Shown piece after piece: positions 1-8,742 of a DNA stretch of 25,513 nt. Position numbers and translations under genes: made by a program. Origin of the DNA: a virus (lineage: Duplodnaviria > Caudoviricetes); the IMG/VR virus record IMGVR_UViG_3300005805_000438, positions 1-25,513 of that record. One strand, given 5' to 3'. The notes under the pieces were generated by a model. That model saw only the letters and a list, made by a program, of their open reading frames with translations. It was not told where the DNA came from and did no database searches. Within the stretch, counting starts at the first letter, position 1. Every line of letters begins with the position of its first letter.

Positions 1-99
1 GGGGAGGGGTGGGGTCGTGCTGTGAAATTTGCGGGTGCCTCCCATCCACCAAAAAAACCCAAATTTGACCTATACGCTGATGCTGTGCGCGTTGTGGGA

Positions 100-345
100 A
101 TTGGTCTAGATTGTTTTGATTGTGGGCAATGACCAGGAACCCGAGAGGTCGGGTGGTCCTTTGGGAAGGGAGCCTCTCGTTTATCTAGACTACGCATTGC
201 TGCGCCTGAGTCACATGCCCTGTTCACCTGGTCTGCGGCGTCATCACGACGTTGGCAGAGGGCTACTTGAGACTCACCCAGTTCGTCACGTTTATCCTAC
301 TTGGTCGGCTCAACCGCATAGAGGGGTGGGTTATGCCCCCGTGTG
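100..345. ncRNA. Candidate structured non-coding element upstream of terminase (ncRNA or packaging/regulatory DNA)
   Basis: Several complementary pairs: GTCTAGAT 104-111/ATCTAGAC 183-190; ACCCGA 139-144/TCGGGT 149-154; CGAGAGG 142-148/CCTCTCG 173-179; nested TGAGTC 207-212/GACTCA 271-276, GCCC/GGGC, TCTGC 232-236/GCAGA 255-259, GGCGTC/GACGTT. No convincing CDS. Strand not resolved. Confidence 0.4.
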
Positions 346-372
346 ACCCAACTGTAATATGTTTTTATTTGC

Positions 373-400
373 TAGACTAGATGGCAGTTTTCTATACAAT
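373..400 (+). promoter_or_regulatory. Putative sigma70-type promoter for terS (possibly leaderless mRNA)
   Basis: TAGACT (373-378), 16-nt spacer, TACAAT (395-400), AT-rich upstream. ATG at 407 lies at the expected +1 position with no Shine-Dalgarno. Confidence 0.4.
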
Positions 401-406
401 GGTCAT

Positions 407-718
407 ATGGGATACCGAGTACCTGCCGTTTTGCCAAAGACTGAGTTCCAGAGGGTTAAAGAACTCAAGAAGATGTTGATTGAGAGCAAGGGCGAGGCTG
501 TGGTCAAGAAAGTCATTGACATTGCCCTCAATGATGACCATCCTATGCAGATGGCCGCTTTGAAACTGTGCATGGAACGGGCTTTGCCTGTCAGCCTGTT
601 TGAGAAGACCTCTGCCCAGCGCAATGCTGTCAACATCACCATCTCTGGCATCGGCGTCGAGGTGAAACAAGATCAGATCGTCAATGACCAAGATATTGAG
701 GACGTTGAGCCTAAATGA
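407..718 (+). CDS. terS: Putative terminase small subunit
   Basis: Small helical protein directly upstream of terL with ATGA overlap (715-718) and an acidic tail (IEDVEPK). Start moved from 359 to ATG 407 because 359-406 looks like promoter DNA. Confidence 0.65.
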   Translation: MGYRVPAVLPKTEFQRVKELKKMLIESKGEAVVKKVIDIALNDDHPMQMAALKLCMERALPVSLFEKTSAQRNAVNITISGIGVEVKQDQIVNDQDIEDVEPK

Positions 719-1971
719 GTGATCTGAACTTCTCTCTCCTGCCCTGGCAGCAAGATGTCTATACAGACCCAACCAGGTTTAAGGTAATCGCTGCTGGCCG
801 CAGGTGTGGGAAGTCTAGACTCGCAGCAACCATGCTGATCATTGAGGGGCTACGTTGTCCACAGGGGTCTGCCGTGCTGTACGTCAGCCCCACTATGGGT
901 CAGTCCCGTCAGATCGTCTGGGATCTCTTGCTGGAGCTTGGACGAGAGGTCATCCAGACCAGCAACGTCAACAACCTGGATATCACCCTGATTAACGGTG
1001 CCAGGATCTATGTCCGAGGCGCTGATCGGCCAGATACTCTGCGCGGTGTGTCGCTGACCTTTGCCGTGCTGGACGAGGTTGCCGACATCAAGCCCCAAGC
1101 CTGGGAACAGGTTATCAGAGCCTCCTTGTCCGACAAGAAGGGCAAGGCTATCTTCATCGGTACGCCCAAAGGCAGGAACTGGTTCTACGACCTGTACAAG
1201 CTGGGGCAAGAGGGAGAAGACAAGGATTGGAAGTCCTGGCACTTCACCACCAAGGACAACCCTCTGATCGACCCGGATGAGATCGAATCAGCCAAGAAAA
1301 CCCTGTCCAGCTTTGCCTTCAAACAGGAATACATGGCCTCGTTTTCTAACGCTGGCTCTGACGTATTCAAAGAGGAATGGATCAAGTACGGGGAAGAACC
1401 GCAGTATGGCTCGTACTTCGTGGCCGTCGATCTAGCTGGATTTGAGGAGGTTGCTAAACAAGCGGCCAACGCCAAGAAACGGCTGGACGAGTCGGCTATT
1501 GCGGTGGTCAAGGTCACTGATGACGGCAAATGGTTTGTTCAGGAGATTGAACACGGCAGGTGGGACATCAGGGAGACTGCCGCCAAAATCCTGATGAAGA
1601 TGCGGGATTACAGGCCCTTGAGCGTTGGAATCGAGAGGGGGGCTCTAAAGAACGCTGTTTTGCCTTATTTGAGTGATCTCATGAGGAAGAACAACATCTA
1701 CTCCCATATCGTTGATTTGACGCATGGAAATCGCAAGAAAACAGATAGAATCGTGTGGGCGTTGCAGGGCCGGTTCGAACACGGCAGAATCGTTCTGAAC
1801 AGCGAAGAGAATTGGGATGACTTTGTTGACCAACTTCTGATGTTCCCAGCCGTGGGTGTTCACGATGACCTACCGGATGCACTCAGTTACATCGACCAAC
1901 TAGCTGTTACCAGCTACTTTGAACAGGAAGATGATAACTGGGAGCCTGTGGACGTAATATCAGGAGTCTAG
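715..1971 (+). CDS. terL: Terminase large subunit
   Basis: Walker A AAGRRCGKS, Walker B FAVLDE, GTPKG coupling motif, RNase H-like nuclease VAVDLA...HDDLPDAL. Confidence 0.96.
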   Translation: MSDLNFSLLPWQQDVYTDPTRFKVIAAGRRCGKSRLAATMLIIEGLRCPQGSAVLYVSPTMGQSRQIVWDLLLELGREVIQTSNVNNLDITLINGARIYVRGADRPDTLRGVSLTFAVLDEVADIKPQAWEQVIRASLSDKKGKAIFIGTPKGRNWFYDLYKLGQEGEDKDWKSWHFTTKDNPLIDPDEIESAKKTLSSFAFKQEYMASFSNAGSDVFKEEWIKYGEEPQYGSYFVAVDLAGFEEVAKQAANAKKRLDESAIAVVKVTDDGKWFVQEIEHGRWDIRETAAKILMKMRDYRPLSVGIERGALKNAVLPYLSDLMRKNNIYSHIVDLTHGNRKKTDRIVWALQGRFEHGRIVLNSEENWDDFVDQLLMFPAVGVHDDLPDALSYIDQLAVTSYFEQEDDNWEPVDVISGV

Positions 1972-1972
1972 T

Positions 1973-3982
1973 ATGGATCAAAACGAGTTCTACGAGCCGA
2001 CAGAGAACGATAAAGAACTGACGGCATTCGTCGTAGACCACTGTGATCGCTGGCGTGATTACAGGAACACCAACTACCTTGATTCTTGGATGGAATACGA
2101 GCGTATCTTCCGTGGCGAATGGGCTGCTGAAGACAAGATTCGTGAATCCGAGCGCTCCAGAATCGTCACTCCCGCTACCCAACAAGCCGTTGAAACCCGC
2201 CATGCTGAGATCATGGAGGCAATCTTTGGCCAGGGCGAGTTCTTCGACATCGAAGATGACCTCAAAGATGTAAACGGCAATCCTCTAGATGTGTCTATGC
2301 TCAAGGCACAGCTAATGGAGGACTTCAAACAGGACAAGATTCGCAAATCCATCGACCAGATCGAGTTGATGGCAGAGATCTATGGCACTGGCATCGGTGA
2401 GATCATCGTCAAAACCGAGAAAATCTTTGAGCCCGCTACCCAACCTATTCCCGGACAAGCTCAAGCAGCCATCGGAGTAGTTGAAAAGAACAGGGTCGCC
2501 GTTAAGCTGATGCCTGTCAACCCTAAAAACTTCCTTTTTGACCCCAATGGCACATCGATTGATGACTGCATGGGCGTCGCAATCGAGAAGTATGTCTCTA
2601 TCCACAAGGTTGTGGAAGGCATTGAGAAGGGCATCTACCGCAAAGTCAACATCACTCCTACCTACGAGGACAGTGATCTTGAGCCTACACAGGAACCAAG
2701 CCAGTATCAGGACGAAAAAGTTGTCCTCCTGACCTACTATGGCCTAGTGCCTAAAGAATACCTCATGGAAGAGGATACGGAAACCGTAGAACTCTTCCCT
2801 GATGACTCTGCTGTTGAAGATTACACCAACATGGTCGAGGCAATCGTAGTCATTGCCAACGGGTCAATGCTTCTGAAGGCAGAAGAGAACCCGTACATGA
2901 TGAAAGACCGCCCTGTCATCTGCTATCAAGATGATACGGTGCCCAATCGTCTGCTTGGCAGGGGGACGGTTGAAAAATCCTACAACATGCAGAAGGCTAT
3001 TGACGCTCAAGTCCGTAGTCATCTGGACTCCCTGGCCCTGACAACTGCCCCAATGATGGGTATGGATGCTACTCGGCTACCAAGGGGCGCAAAATTTGAG
3101 GTCAAGCCCGGTAAAGCCTTTATGGTCAACGGGAACCCATCGGAAATCCTGTATCCCTTTAAGTTTGGTCAAAGCAGCCCTGAAAACCTGGCTACGGCTA
3201 AGGAATTTGAGCGTATGCTTCTTCAGGCAACTGGCACTTTGGATAGCCAAGGCATGGTCAGTCAGGCCGCTAGAGATGGCGCCGGTATGTCTATGGCCGT
3301 TGCAACGATCATTAAGAAGTACAAGAGGACTCTGGTTAACTTCCAAGAGGACTTTCTGATCCCTTTCATCCAGAAAGCCTCTTTCCGGTACATGCAGTTT
3401 GACCCAGAACGGTATCCGAGCGTTGATATGCGCTTCATTCCGACTGCAACTCTGGGCATCATTGCACGGGAATACGAACAACAGCAGTTTATTGGTCTAC
3501 TTCAGACCTTGGGTCCGAATACGCCTGTACTGCCGTTGATTTTGAAGGGAATTTTGAACAACTCTAGCCTGACCAACAGGTATGAGTTGATTGCAGCCCT
3601 TGATCAGATGAGTCAACCTGATCCGCAAGCCCAACAACTTGCTCAGGCTCAGCAACAGCTTGCTCTTCAGGCCGCACAAGCCCAGATTGCAGTGCAAACG
3701 ACTCAGGCAGAGCAGAACCGCGCAGAAGCACAAAAGCTGCTGACCGAGGCGCAACTGATGCCCGAGGAGATCAAGGCAAAAGTCCTGTCGGCATCGACAA
3801 AGAACCTTCCAAGCGCTGATGATGTAGCCTCAAAAGAGTTTGACAAACGAGTCAAGATTGCTGAGTTGATGCTCAAAGAAGAAGACATCAAGAATAAGAC
3901 CAAAATTGTCGAGCTTCAGATGGCTGACAAGGCTAATCAAAGCAAGAAAGATGAGGACTTCCTCAAGAGCATCGTTGGCTAA
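1973..3982 (+). CDS. Portal protein (P22-like, with Q/A-rich C-terminal coiled coil)
   Basis: 669 aa immediately after terL; YGTGI motif, acidic overall, long QAQQLAQAQQQ helical C-terminal barrel region. Confidence 0.88.
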   Translation: MDQNEFYEPTENDKELTAFVVDHCDRWRDYRNTNYLDSWMEYERIFRGEWAAEDKIRESERSRIVTPATQQAVETRHAEIMEAIFGQGEFFDIEDDLKDVNGNPLDVSMLKAQLMEDFKQDKIRKSIDQIELMAEIYGTGIGEIIVKTEKIFEPATQPIPGQAQAAIGVVEKNRVAVKLMPVNPKNFLFDPNGTSIDDCMGVAIEKYVSIHKVVEGIEKGIYRKVNITPTYEDSDLEPTQEPSQYQDEKVVLLTYYGLVPKEYLMEEDTETVELFPDDSAVEDYTNMVEAIVVIANGSMLLKAEENPYMMKDRPVICYQDDTVPNRLLGRGTVEKSYNMQKAIDAQVRSHLDSLALTTAPMMGMDATRLPRGAKFEVKPGKAFMVNGNPSEILYPFKFGQSSPENLATAKEFERMLLQATGTLDSQGMVSQAARDGAGMSMAVATIIKKYKRTLVNFQEDFLIPFIQKASFRYMQFDPERYPSVDMRFIPTATLGIIAREYEQQQFIGLLQTLGPNTPVLPLILKGILNNSSLTNRYELIAALDQMSQPDPQAQQLAQAQQQLALQAAQAQIAVQTTQAEQNRAEAQKLLTEAQLMPEEIKAKVLSASTKNLPSADDVASKEFDKRVKIAELMLKEEDIKNKTKIVELQMADKANQSKKDEDFLKSIVG

Positions 3983-3984
3983 TA

Positions 3985-4467
3985 ATGGATGCCAAAAAGA
4001 TTCTTCTTTCGGGTGCGTCTACTGATGCAAAGTTGTCTGCACTGGCAATTTTGCTCAGCAGGGAACTGCCTGATCTAAAAACTACTGTTGACAATGTACA
4101 GAAGCAGGTTGGGCCGAGAGGTGAACAGGGTCCAAAAGGAGATCCTGGCAAAGACGGTGTTGACGGGAAAGATGGAAAAGACGGCAAAGATGGAGTCAAT
4201 GGTAAAAATGGTGTAGATGGCAAAGATGGCTCTGATGGCATCTCAATTGTCAGCACCAACATTGATTTCGACGGCTCTTTGGTAATCAAGTTTTCCGATG
4301 GTCGAGTTGTTAACGTAGGCGAAGTAGTTGGCGAAAAAGGCGAACGAGGTCCACAAGGCGCGGCGGGTGTTTCTGGCGTAGATGGAGAGGCTTTTGCCAA
4401 TCTTGATGGTGGTACACCAGGTAGTATTTACGGTGGCACAACACCTATTGATGCCGGGGGAGTTTAA
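3985..4467 (+). CDS. Collagen-like (Gly-X-Y) virion appendage protein
   Basis: GPRGEQGPKGDPGKDGVDGKDGKDGKDG... and a second GEKGERGPQG run; TAATG coupling to the next gene. Confidence 0.85.
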   Translation: MDAKKILLSGASTDAKLSALAILLSRELPDLKTTVDNVQKQVGPRGEQGPKGDPGKDGVDGKDGKDGKDGVNGKNGVDGKDGSDGISIVSTNIDFDGSLVIKFSDGRVVNVGEVVGEKGERGPQGAAGVSGVDGEAFANLDGGTPGSIYGGTTPIDAGGV

Positions 4468-6101
4468 TGGCTATCCAGATACAAATTCGTAGGGGCACTT
4501 CATCGGAATGGAGTACATCCAATCCCATTTTGGCGCAGGGAGAGGTTGGCTATGAGTTGAACACCGGGAAAGCCAAAGTTGGCGACGGCCTGACTGCGTG
4601 GAATTCGCTTGGGTACTTCAACCCAAACAATTCTGTGACATCTGTTGCGATGACAACGCCTACTGGCCTACAAGTCAGTGGCAGTCCTATCACAACATCG
4701 GGCACTTTGGCATTGACCTATGCCTCTGGTTACTCAATTCCAACTACGTCCAGTCAAACAAACTGGGATACTGCTTACTCTGAGCGCCGTCAATGGGATG
4801 GCGGATCAACCAACCTAGTCGCTTCTACTGGCCGCACATCTCTTGGTGCTACCACTCTTGGATCTAATCTTTTCACAATCACAGATCCAGGGGCAATCAC
4901 ATTTCCCCGTTTTAATGCTGACAACACTGTTAGCGCTTTAACAGCATCATCGTTCAGAACGGCCATTGGCGCTGGTACTGGTGATGGCACTGTTACATCT
5001 GTTGGAGCAACATCTCCAGTTGCATCTTCTGGTGGAGCAACACCAACAATCAGTCTGTCTTCTGGATATGGAGACACGCAAAATCCATACGCTAGTAAGA
5101 CCGCCAACTTCTTTTTAGCAGCACCAGATGGCTCTGCTGGCGCTCCAACTTTCAGAGCTATTGTTGCCGCTGATGTCCCGACACTGAATCAAAACACTAC
5201 TGGTACTGCCAGCAATGTTACAGGCACTGTGGCAATTGCCAATGGTGGTACGGGACAGACCACACAACAAACAGCATTGAATGCGCTAGCCGGGGCTACG
5301 ACATCGGCCCAGTTCCTGCGAGGCAACGGCACAAATGTATTGATGTCTGCGATTCAGGCATCTGACGTACCGACCTTGAATCAAAACACGACTGGTACCG
5401 CAAGCAACGTTACTGGAGTTGTTGCCATTGCAAACGGTGGATCTGGGCAAACCACAGCACAGTCTGCAATGAATACGTTTGCTGGCGCGGTTACGTCAGG
5501 ATCGTATCTGCGCGGTAATGGAACAAACGTGGTTATGTCCACGATCCAGGCGGCAGACGTTCCGACGCTCAATCAGAACACTACTGGCACTGCCTCCAAT
5601 GTGACCGGAACCGTAGCGATTGCTAATGGTGGAACTGGCCAGACAACTGCTAGTGCCGCTTTCAATGCTCTATCTCCTGTAACAACAACTGGAGATCTGA
5701 TAATTGGCAATGGCACGAACAGTGCAACCCGTCTTCCTATTGGCGCAAACACCTATGTGTTGACATCCAATGGAACAACTGCTTCATGGGCAGCGCCAAG
5801 TGGCGGTGGAAGTGGAACGGTAACAAGTGTTGCCGCAACAGTTCCATCGTTCTTGTCAGTATCTGGATCTCCGATCACTACAAGCGGAACACTGGCAATC
5901 TCTCTTGCATCAACACCATCAAATGGGCAGTTGTTGATTGGTAATGGAACGGGGTTTTCCTATGCAACCCTTACTGCTGGAAGTAACATCACGATTACAA
6001 ATTCAGCGGGTGGCATCACTATCGCATCAACTGGCGGCGGCGGTGGTGGAAGCACTGGCCCTAAAGCTAAACTTGACACATGGATGATTGGAGCAATGTA
6101 A
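4467..6101 (+). CDS. Fibre protein with Mtd N-terminal-like domain and internal 64-aa repeats
   Basis: N-terminus QIQIRRGTSSEW...NPILAQGEVGYE..TGKAKVGDG..AWNSL matches the major-tropism-determinant N-terminal motif; G/T/S/A-rich; ANGGTG repeats. Confidence 0.85.
   Translation: MAIQIQIRRGTSSEWSTSNPILAQGEVGYELNTGKAKVGDGLTAWNSLGYFNPNNSVTSVAMTTPTGLQVSGSPITTSGTLALTYASGYSIPTTSSQTNWDTAYSERRQWDGGSTNLVASTGRTSLGATTLGSNLFTITDPGAITFPRFNADNTVSALTASSFRTAIGAGTGDGTVTSVGATSPVASSGGATPTISLSSGYGDTQNPYASKTANFFLAAPDGSAGAPTFRAIVAADVPTLNQNTTGTASNVTGTVAIANGGTGQTTQQTALNALAGATTSAQFLRGNGTNVLMSAIQASDVPTLNQNTTGTASNVTGVVAIANGGSGQTTAQSAMNTFAGAVTSGSYLRGNGTNVVMSTIQAADVPTLNQNTTGTASNVTGTVAIANGGTGQTTASAAFNALSPVTTTGDLIIGNGTNSATRLPIGANTYVLTSNGTTASWAAPSGGGSGTVTSVAATVPSFLSVSGSPITTSGTLAISLASTPSNGQLLIGNGTGFSYATLTAGSNITITNSAGGITIASTGGGGGGSTGPKAKLDTWMIGAM
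5172..5650 (+). repeat. Tandem 192-nt (64-aa) repeats in fibre gene, third copy partial
   Basis: DVPTLNQNTTGTASNVTG starts at 5172, 5364 and 5556; this 18-aa core is identical in protein but synonymously diverged in DNA. Confidence 0.92.
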
Positions 6102-6545
6102 ATGGCACAAAACACAAATCCTATTTTTCCACTGACGCCTGTTAACTCATGGGTCAGCGGTGCTGCGGCTACGGCTGGAACTCCTGGTCTAACAGCAAAT
6201 ACGGCTAAGGATGCGGCTAGCGGAACAATCTATGGCCCGATCTTTACTGGCAAAGCGGTTGATGGCTCTCGCTTGGACTTCATCAAGGTTCGTGCGCTTG
6301 GTACAAATGTAGTAACCGTTATCCGCATCTTTATCAACAACGGATCAGCCACGACGACTGCGGCTAACAATGCGCTATATCTGGAGCGCACATTGACAGC
6401 AACTACTGTGTCTGAAACAGCAGATCAGCCAGACATTATTTTGCCGTTGAATATTAGTTTGCCTGCTGGCTACCGCATCTATGCAACATTTGGCACTGCT
6501 GTGGCTGCGGGTTTCCACCTGACTGCTGTTGGTGGAGACTACTGA
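6102..6545 (+). CDS. Small beta-rich structural/fibre-associated protein
   Basis: GGAG RBS, abuts the fibre gene, T/A/G-rich, ends GGDY; TGATG coupling to the next gene. Confidence 0.7.
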   Translation: MAQNTNPIFPLTPVNSWVSGAAATAGTPGLTANTAKDAASGTIYGPIFTGKAVDGSRLDFIKVRALGTNVVTVIRIFINNGSATTTAANNALYLERTLTATTVSETADQPDIILPLNISLPAGYRIYATFGTAVAAGFHLTAVGGDY

Positions 6546-7792
6546 TGTTTACCGGATTTGCTACTGAAAATACACCTGCAATTCAGGTGTGGGATTTGCA
6601 AAATTCCTATGCTAGTAGTGCTGCCAATAGGCGCATTTCTTTAACAGATGATTGCGCCCCTATTCAGTATTTTAAAACAGGTGGAACTAGTCTTGGTTTT
6701 ATTGCAGTTTATCTTCCAACCTGTTCAATAGAGGGCAAGGAGATAAAAATAATAAATGCAAGATATGGAAGCTCCGTACAATATCTTTACCTTTACGCAT
6801 CTGATTCAACTTGGTCGTTTGGGTCTGGAACAGAAGTTGTTTTATATGTTATTGGCCCAGGACAAACCCTAGATTTATGTTATTCAAAAAATTTTATAAG
6901 TTTTGGGCCAACCGCTGGTCAATATGCGTCTGGGTGGATTTCTTTAAATCAGGCGTCACCAGCAGCGGCAAATTATTATGCTACTTGTTTAGCAAATAGT
7001 AGTGCTGCAAGTGCAAATTATTCAGCCGTTGTTGGTGGACAATCTAATGTCACCAGCGGGACATATTCTTTTATAGGTAGTGGCCAAAGTAACACAGCAA
7101 GTGGGCAATATTCTGCTGTAATTGGTGGCTCAAATAACACAGCAAGCAATTCAAATGCAGTCGTAATTGGTGGTAATGGTGGAACTGCAAACATAAATGG
7201 CGCTGCTGTTTTAGGAGGAACAAATTGTGCGGCAACAGGAATTTATGGGGCCGCAATAGCTGGAAATCAAACCGTAGCAAACGGATCAAATAGTTGTGTT
7301 GCAGGAGGATCGCAAGGTACATCAAGATCAATTACTGGCAACTTTGTTTTTCCTGCTAGTGATGTTCCGATACAAAATAATTCTGGCAGACAACAATTGG
7401 CAACGTTGTTGCTCGGCCGAGCAACAACTGACGCAACCGCAACAAGACTTACAAGCAACACATCTGCCGCATCCACAACCAACCAAGTCATTCTTCCAAA
7501 CAATAGCGCATATACGTTCCAAGGCACTTGCATCGCAGCAAAAACTGCTGCTGGCGACACATCATCGTGGAAGTTTGAGGGCGCAATCAAGCGAGGTGCT
7601 AATGCCGCTTCTACTGCTTTGGTTGCTGCTGTTACTCCAACAGTCATTGCTCAAGACGCTGGCGCTTCTACATGGGTTCTCGCTATCACTGCCGACACAA
7701 CCAATGGTGGTATTGCTGTAACTGTTACTGGTCAAGCAGCCACCACAATCAGATGGGTGGTAAAAATTGAAACAACTGAGGTAACTTTCTGA
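6545..7792 (+). CDS. Putative receptor-binding spike/fibre tip with beta-roll (YadA-head-like) repeats
   Basis: About 14-15-aa repeats SAVVGGQSN/SFIGSGQSN/SAVIGGSNN/AVVIGGNGG/AAVLGGTN; AT-rich N-terminal half. Confidence 0.72.
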   Translation: MFTGFATENTPAIQVWDLQNSYASSAANRRISLTDDCAPIQYFKTGGTSLGFIAVYLPTCSIEGKEIKIINARYGSSVQYLYLYASDSTWSFGSGTEVVLYVIGPGQTLDLCYSKNFISFGPTAGQYASGWISLNQASPAAANYYATCLANSSAASANYSAVVGGQSNVTSGTYSFIGSGQSNTASGQYSAVIGGSNNTASNSNAVVIGGNGGTANINGAAVLGGTNCAATGIYGAAIAGNQTVANGSNSCVAGGSQGTSRSITGNFVFPASDVPIQNNSGRQQLATLLLGRATTDATATRLTSNTSAASTTNQVILPNNSAYTFQGTCIAAKTAAGDTSSWKFEGAIKRGANAASTALVAAVTPTVIAQDAGASTWVLAITADTTNGGIAVTVTGQAATTIRWVVKIETTEVTF

Positions 7793-8055
7793 TGGCTCTA
7801 AAAATCTCTATCCCCACCAGCAGCGTTGGTGTTCCCTTCACGGAAGCCTACGCCCGTATTACCAATATCTTTGCCAACAAAGATCAGTGCCAATATCAAG
7901 TCAGCGTTAGCGCCAATGCTGATGCTCGGCAAGCCAATGCACAAGAGGTTGCAAGCCATGCGTTCTACTGTGCTACACCACAGGGCAATCTAATGGATGG
8001 CCTGTATGCCGATCTCAAACAACAGGTCGGTTTTGAAAACGCAGAGGATTGTTGA
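7792..8055 (+). CDS. Hypothetical protein, possible fibre assembly chaperone
   Basis: 87 aa, coupled (TGATG) directly after the spike gene; function inferred from position only. Confidence 0.65.
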   Translation: MALKISIPTSSVGVPFTEAYARITNIFANKDQCQYQVSVSANADARQANAQEVASHAFYCATPQGNLMDGLYADLKQQVGFENAEDC

Positions 8056-8056
8056 C

Positions 8057-8269
8057 ATGGAACCCGGTGAAATTGATCCAGTCAGGTATGGTGTTCTTTG
8101 GGAGCGCGTACAGTCTATGGACAAGAAGGTAGACAAGATGGAGCGCCAGATTGAGGAGCTTTTGGCATTGGCTAATAAAGGCAAAGGTGGTTTCTGGATG
8201 GGGATGACTATTGCCTCCTCTGTTGGCGCTGCCGTAGCATGGATTGGAAATCATTTCAGGGGAGGCTGA
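8057..8269 (+). CDS. Small coiled-coil plus C-terminal TM protein (holin/XhlA-like architecture)
   Basis: ATG 8057 after GAGG; heptads VQSMDKKVDKMERQIEELL, then hydrophobic FWMGMTIASSVGAAVAWIG. Confidence 0.75.
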   Translation: MEPGEIDPVRYGVLWERVQSMDKKVDKMERQIEELLALANKGKGGFWMGMTIASSVGAAVAWIGNHFRGG

Positions 8270-8270
8270 C

Positions 8271-8741
8271 ATGATAGATCCCATCACCGCACTAGCAGCA
8301 GTCTCATCTGCTGTCAATCTAGTAAAAAAGGCTGTTGCTACTGTCCAAGATGTACAGAGTCTTGGCCCGGTGCTGGGAAAATACTTCGATGCCAAGGCTC
8401 AGGCCATTGAGGTCATTGAGAAGTCTAAGAACGGCGAATTCAAAGGCTCTAGTCTTGGGAAAGCACTAGAGTTGGAGATGGCTCTTGAACAGGCCAGAGA
8501 GTTTGAAGAGCAAGTCAAGATGCTGTTTTTCCAGGCAAATAAGATGGATGTCTGGGCAAGGATTACTGCTCGCGCCAAGCAAATGGATGTGGATGCCGCC
8601 CATGCCGCTAGACGCAAGAAAGAAGCTGAGAAACGCAAGAAGCAAGAAGAGGACGATTTCTTTGCTATCGTCATTGGGCTCATGATAGCTTTTTCTGCTG
8701 TCGGTGTGTGTATCTGGGCTGTAATGAACGTTGTTAGCTGA
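8271..8741 (+). CDS. Membrane-anchored hypothetical protein
   Basis: GGAGG RBS at 8261-8265, start MIDPITALAA; charged coiled coil followed by a C-terminal TM helix FFAIVIGLMIAFSAVGVCIWAV. Confidence 0.78.
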   Translation: MIDPITALAAVSSAVNLVKKAVATVQDVQSLGPVLGKYFDAKAQAIEVIEKSKNGEFKGSSLGKALELEMALEQAREFEEQVKMLFFQANKMDVWARITARAKQMDVDAAHAARRKKEAEKRKKQEEDDFFAIVIGLMIAFSAVGVCIWAVMNVVS

Positions 8742-8742
8742 T

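Noticed and set aside
116-346. 76-aa ORF upstream of terS
   Set aside because: No clear RBS, non-ATG start, no recognisable motif; the region is better explained by nucleic-acid structure.
4130-4240. Short GAYGGNAAR tandem DNA repeats as VNTR/CRISPR
   Set aside because: They simply encode collagen GKD triplets; no spacers or cas genes.
4467-7792. Diversity-generating retroelement suggested by the Mtd N-terminal domain
   Set aside because: No reverse transcriptase, no TR/VR pair with adenine-specific mismatches and no C-type lectin tip in the window; repeat differences are synonymous.
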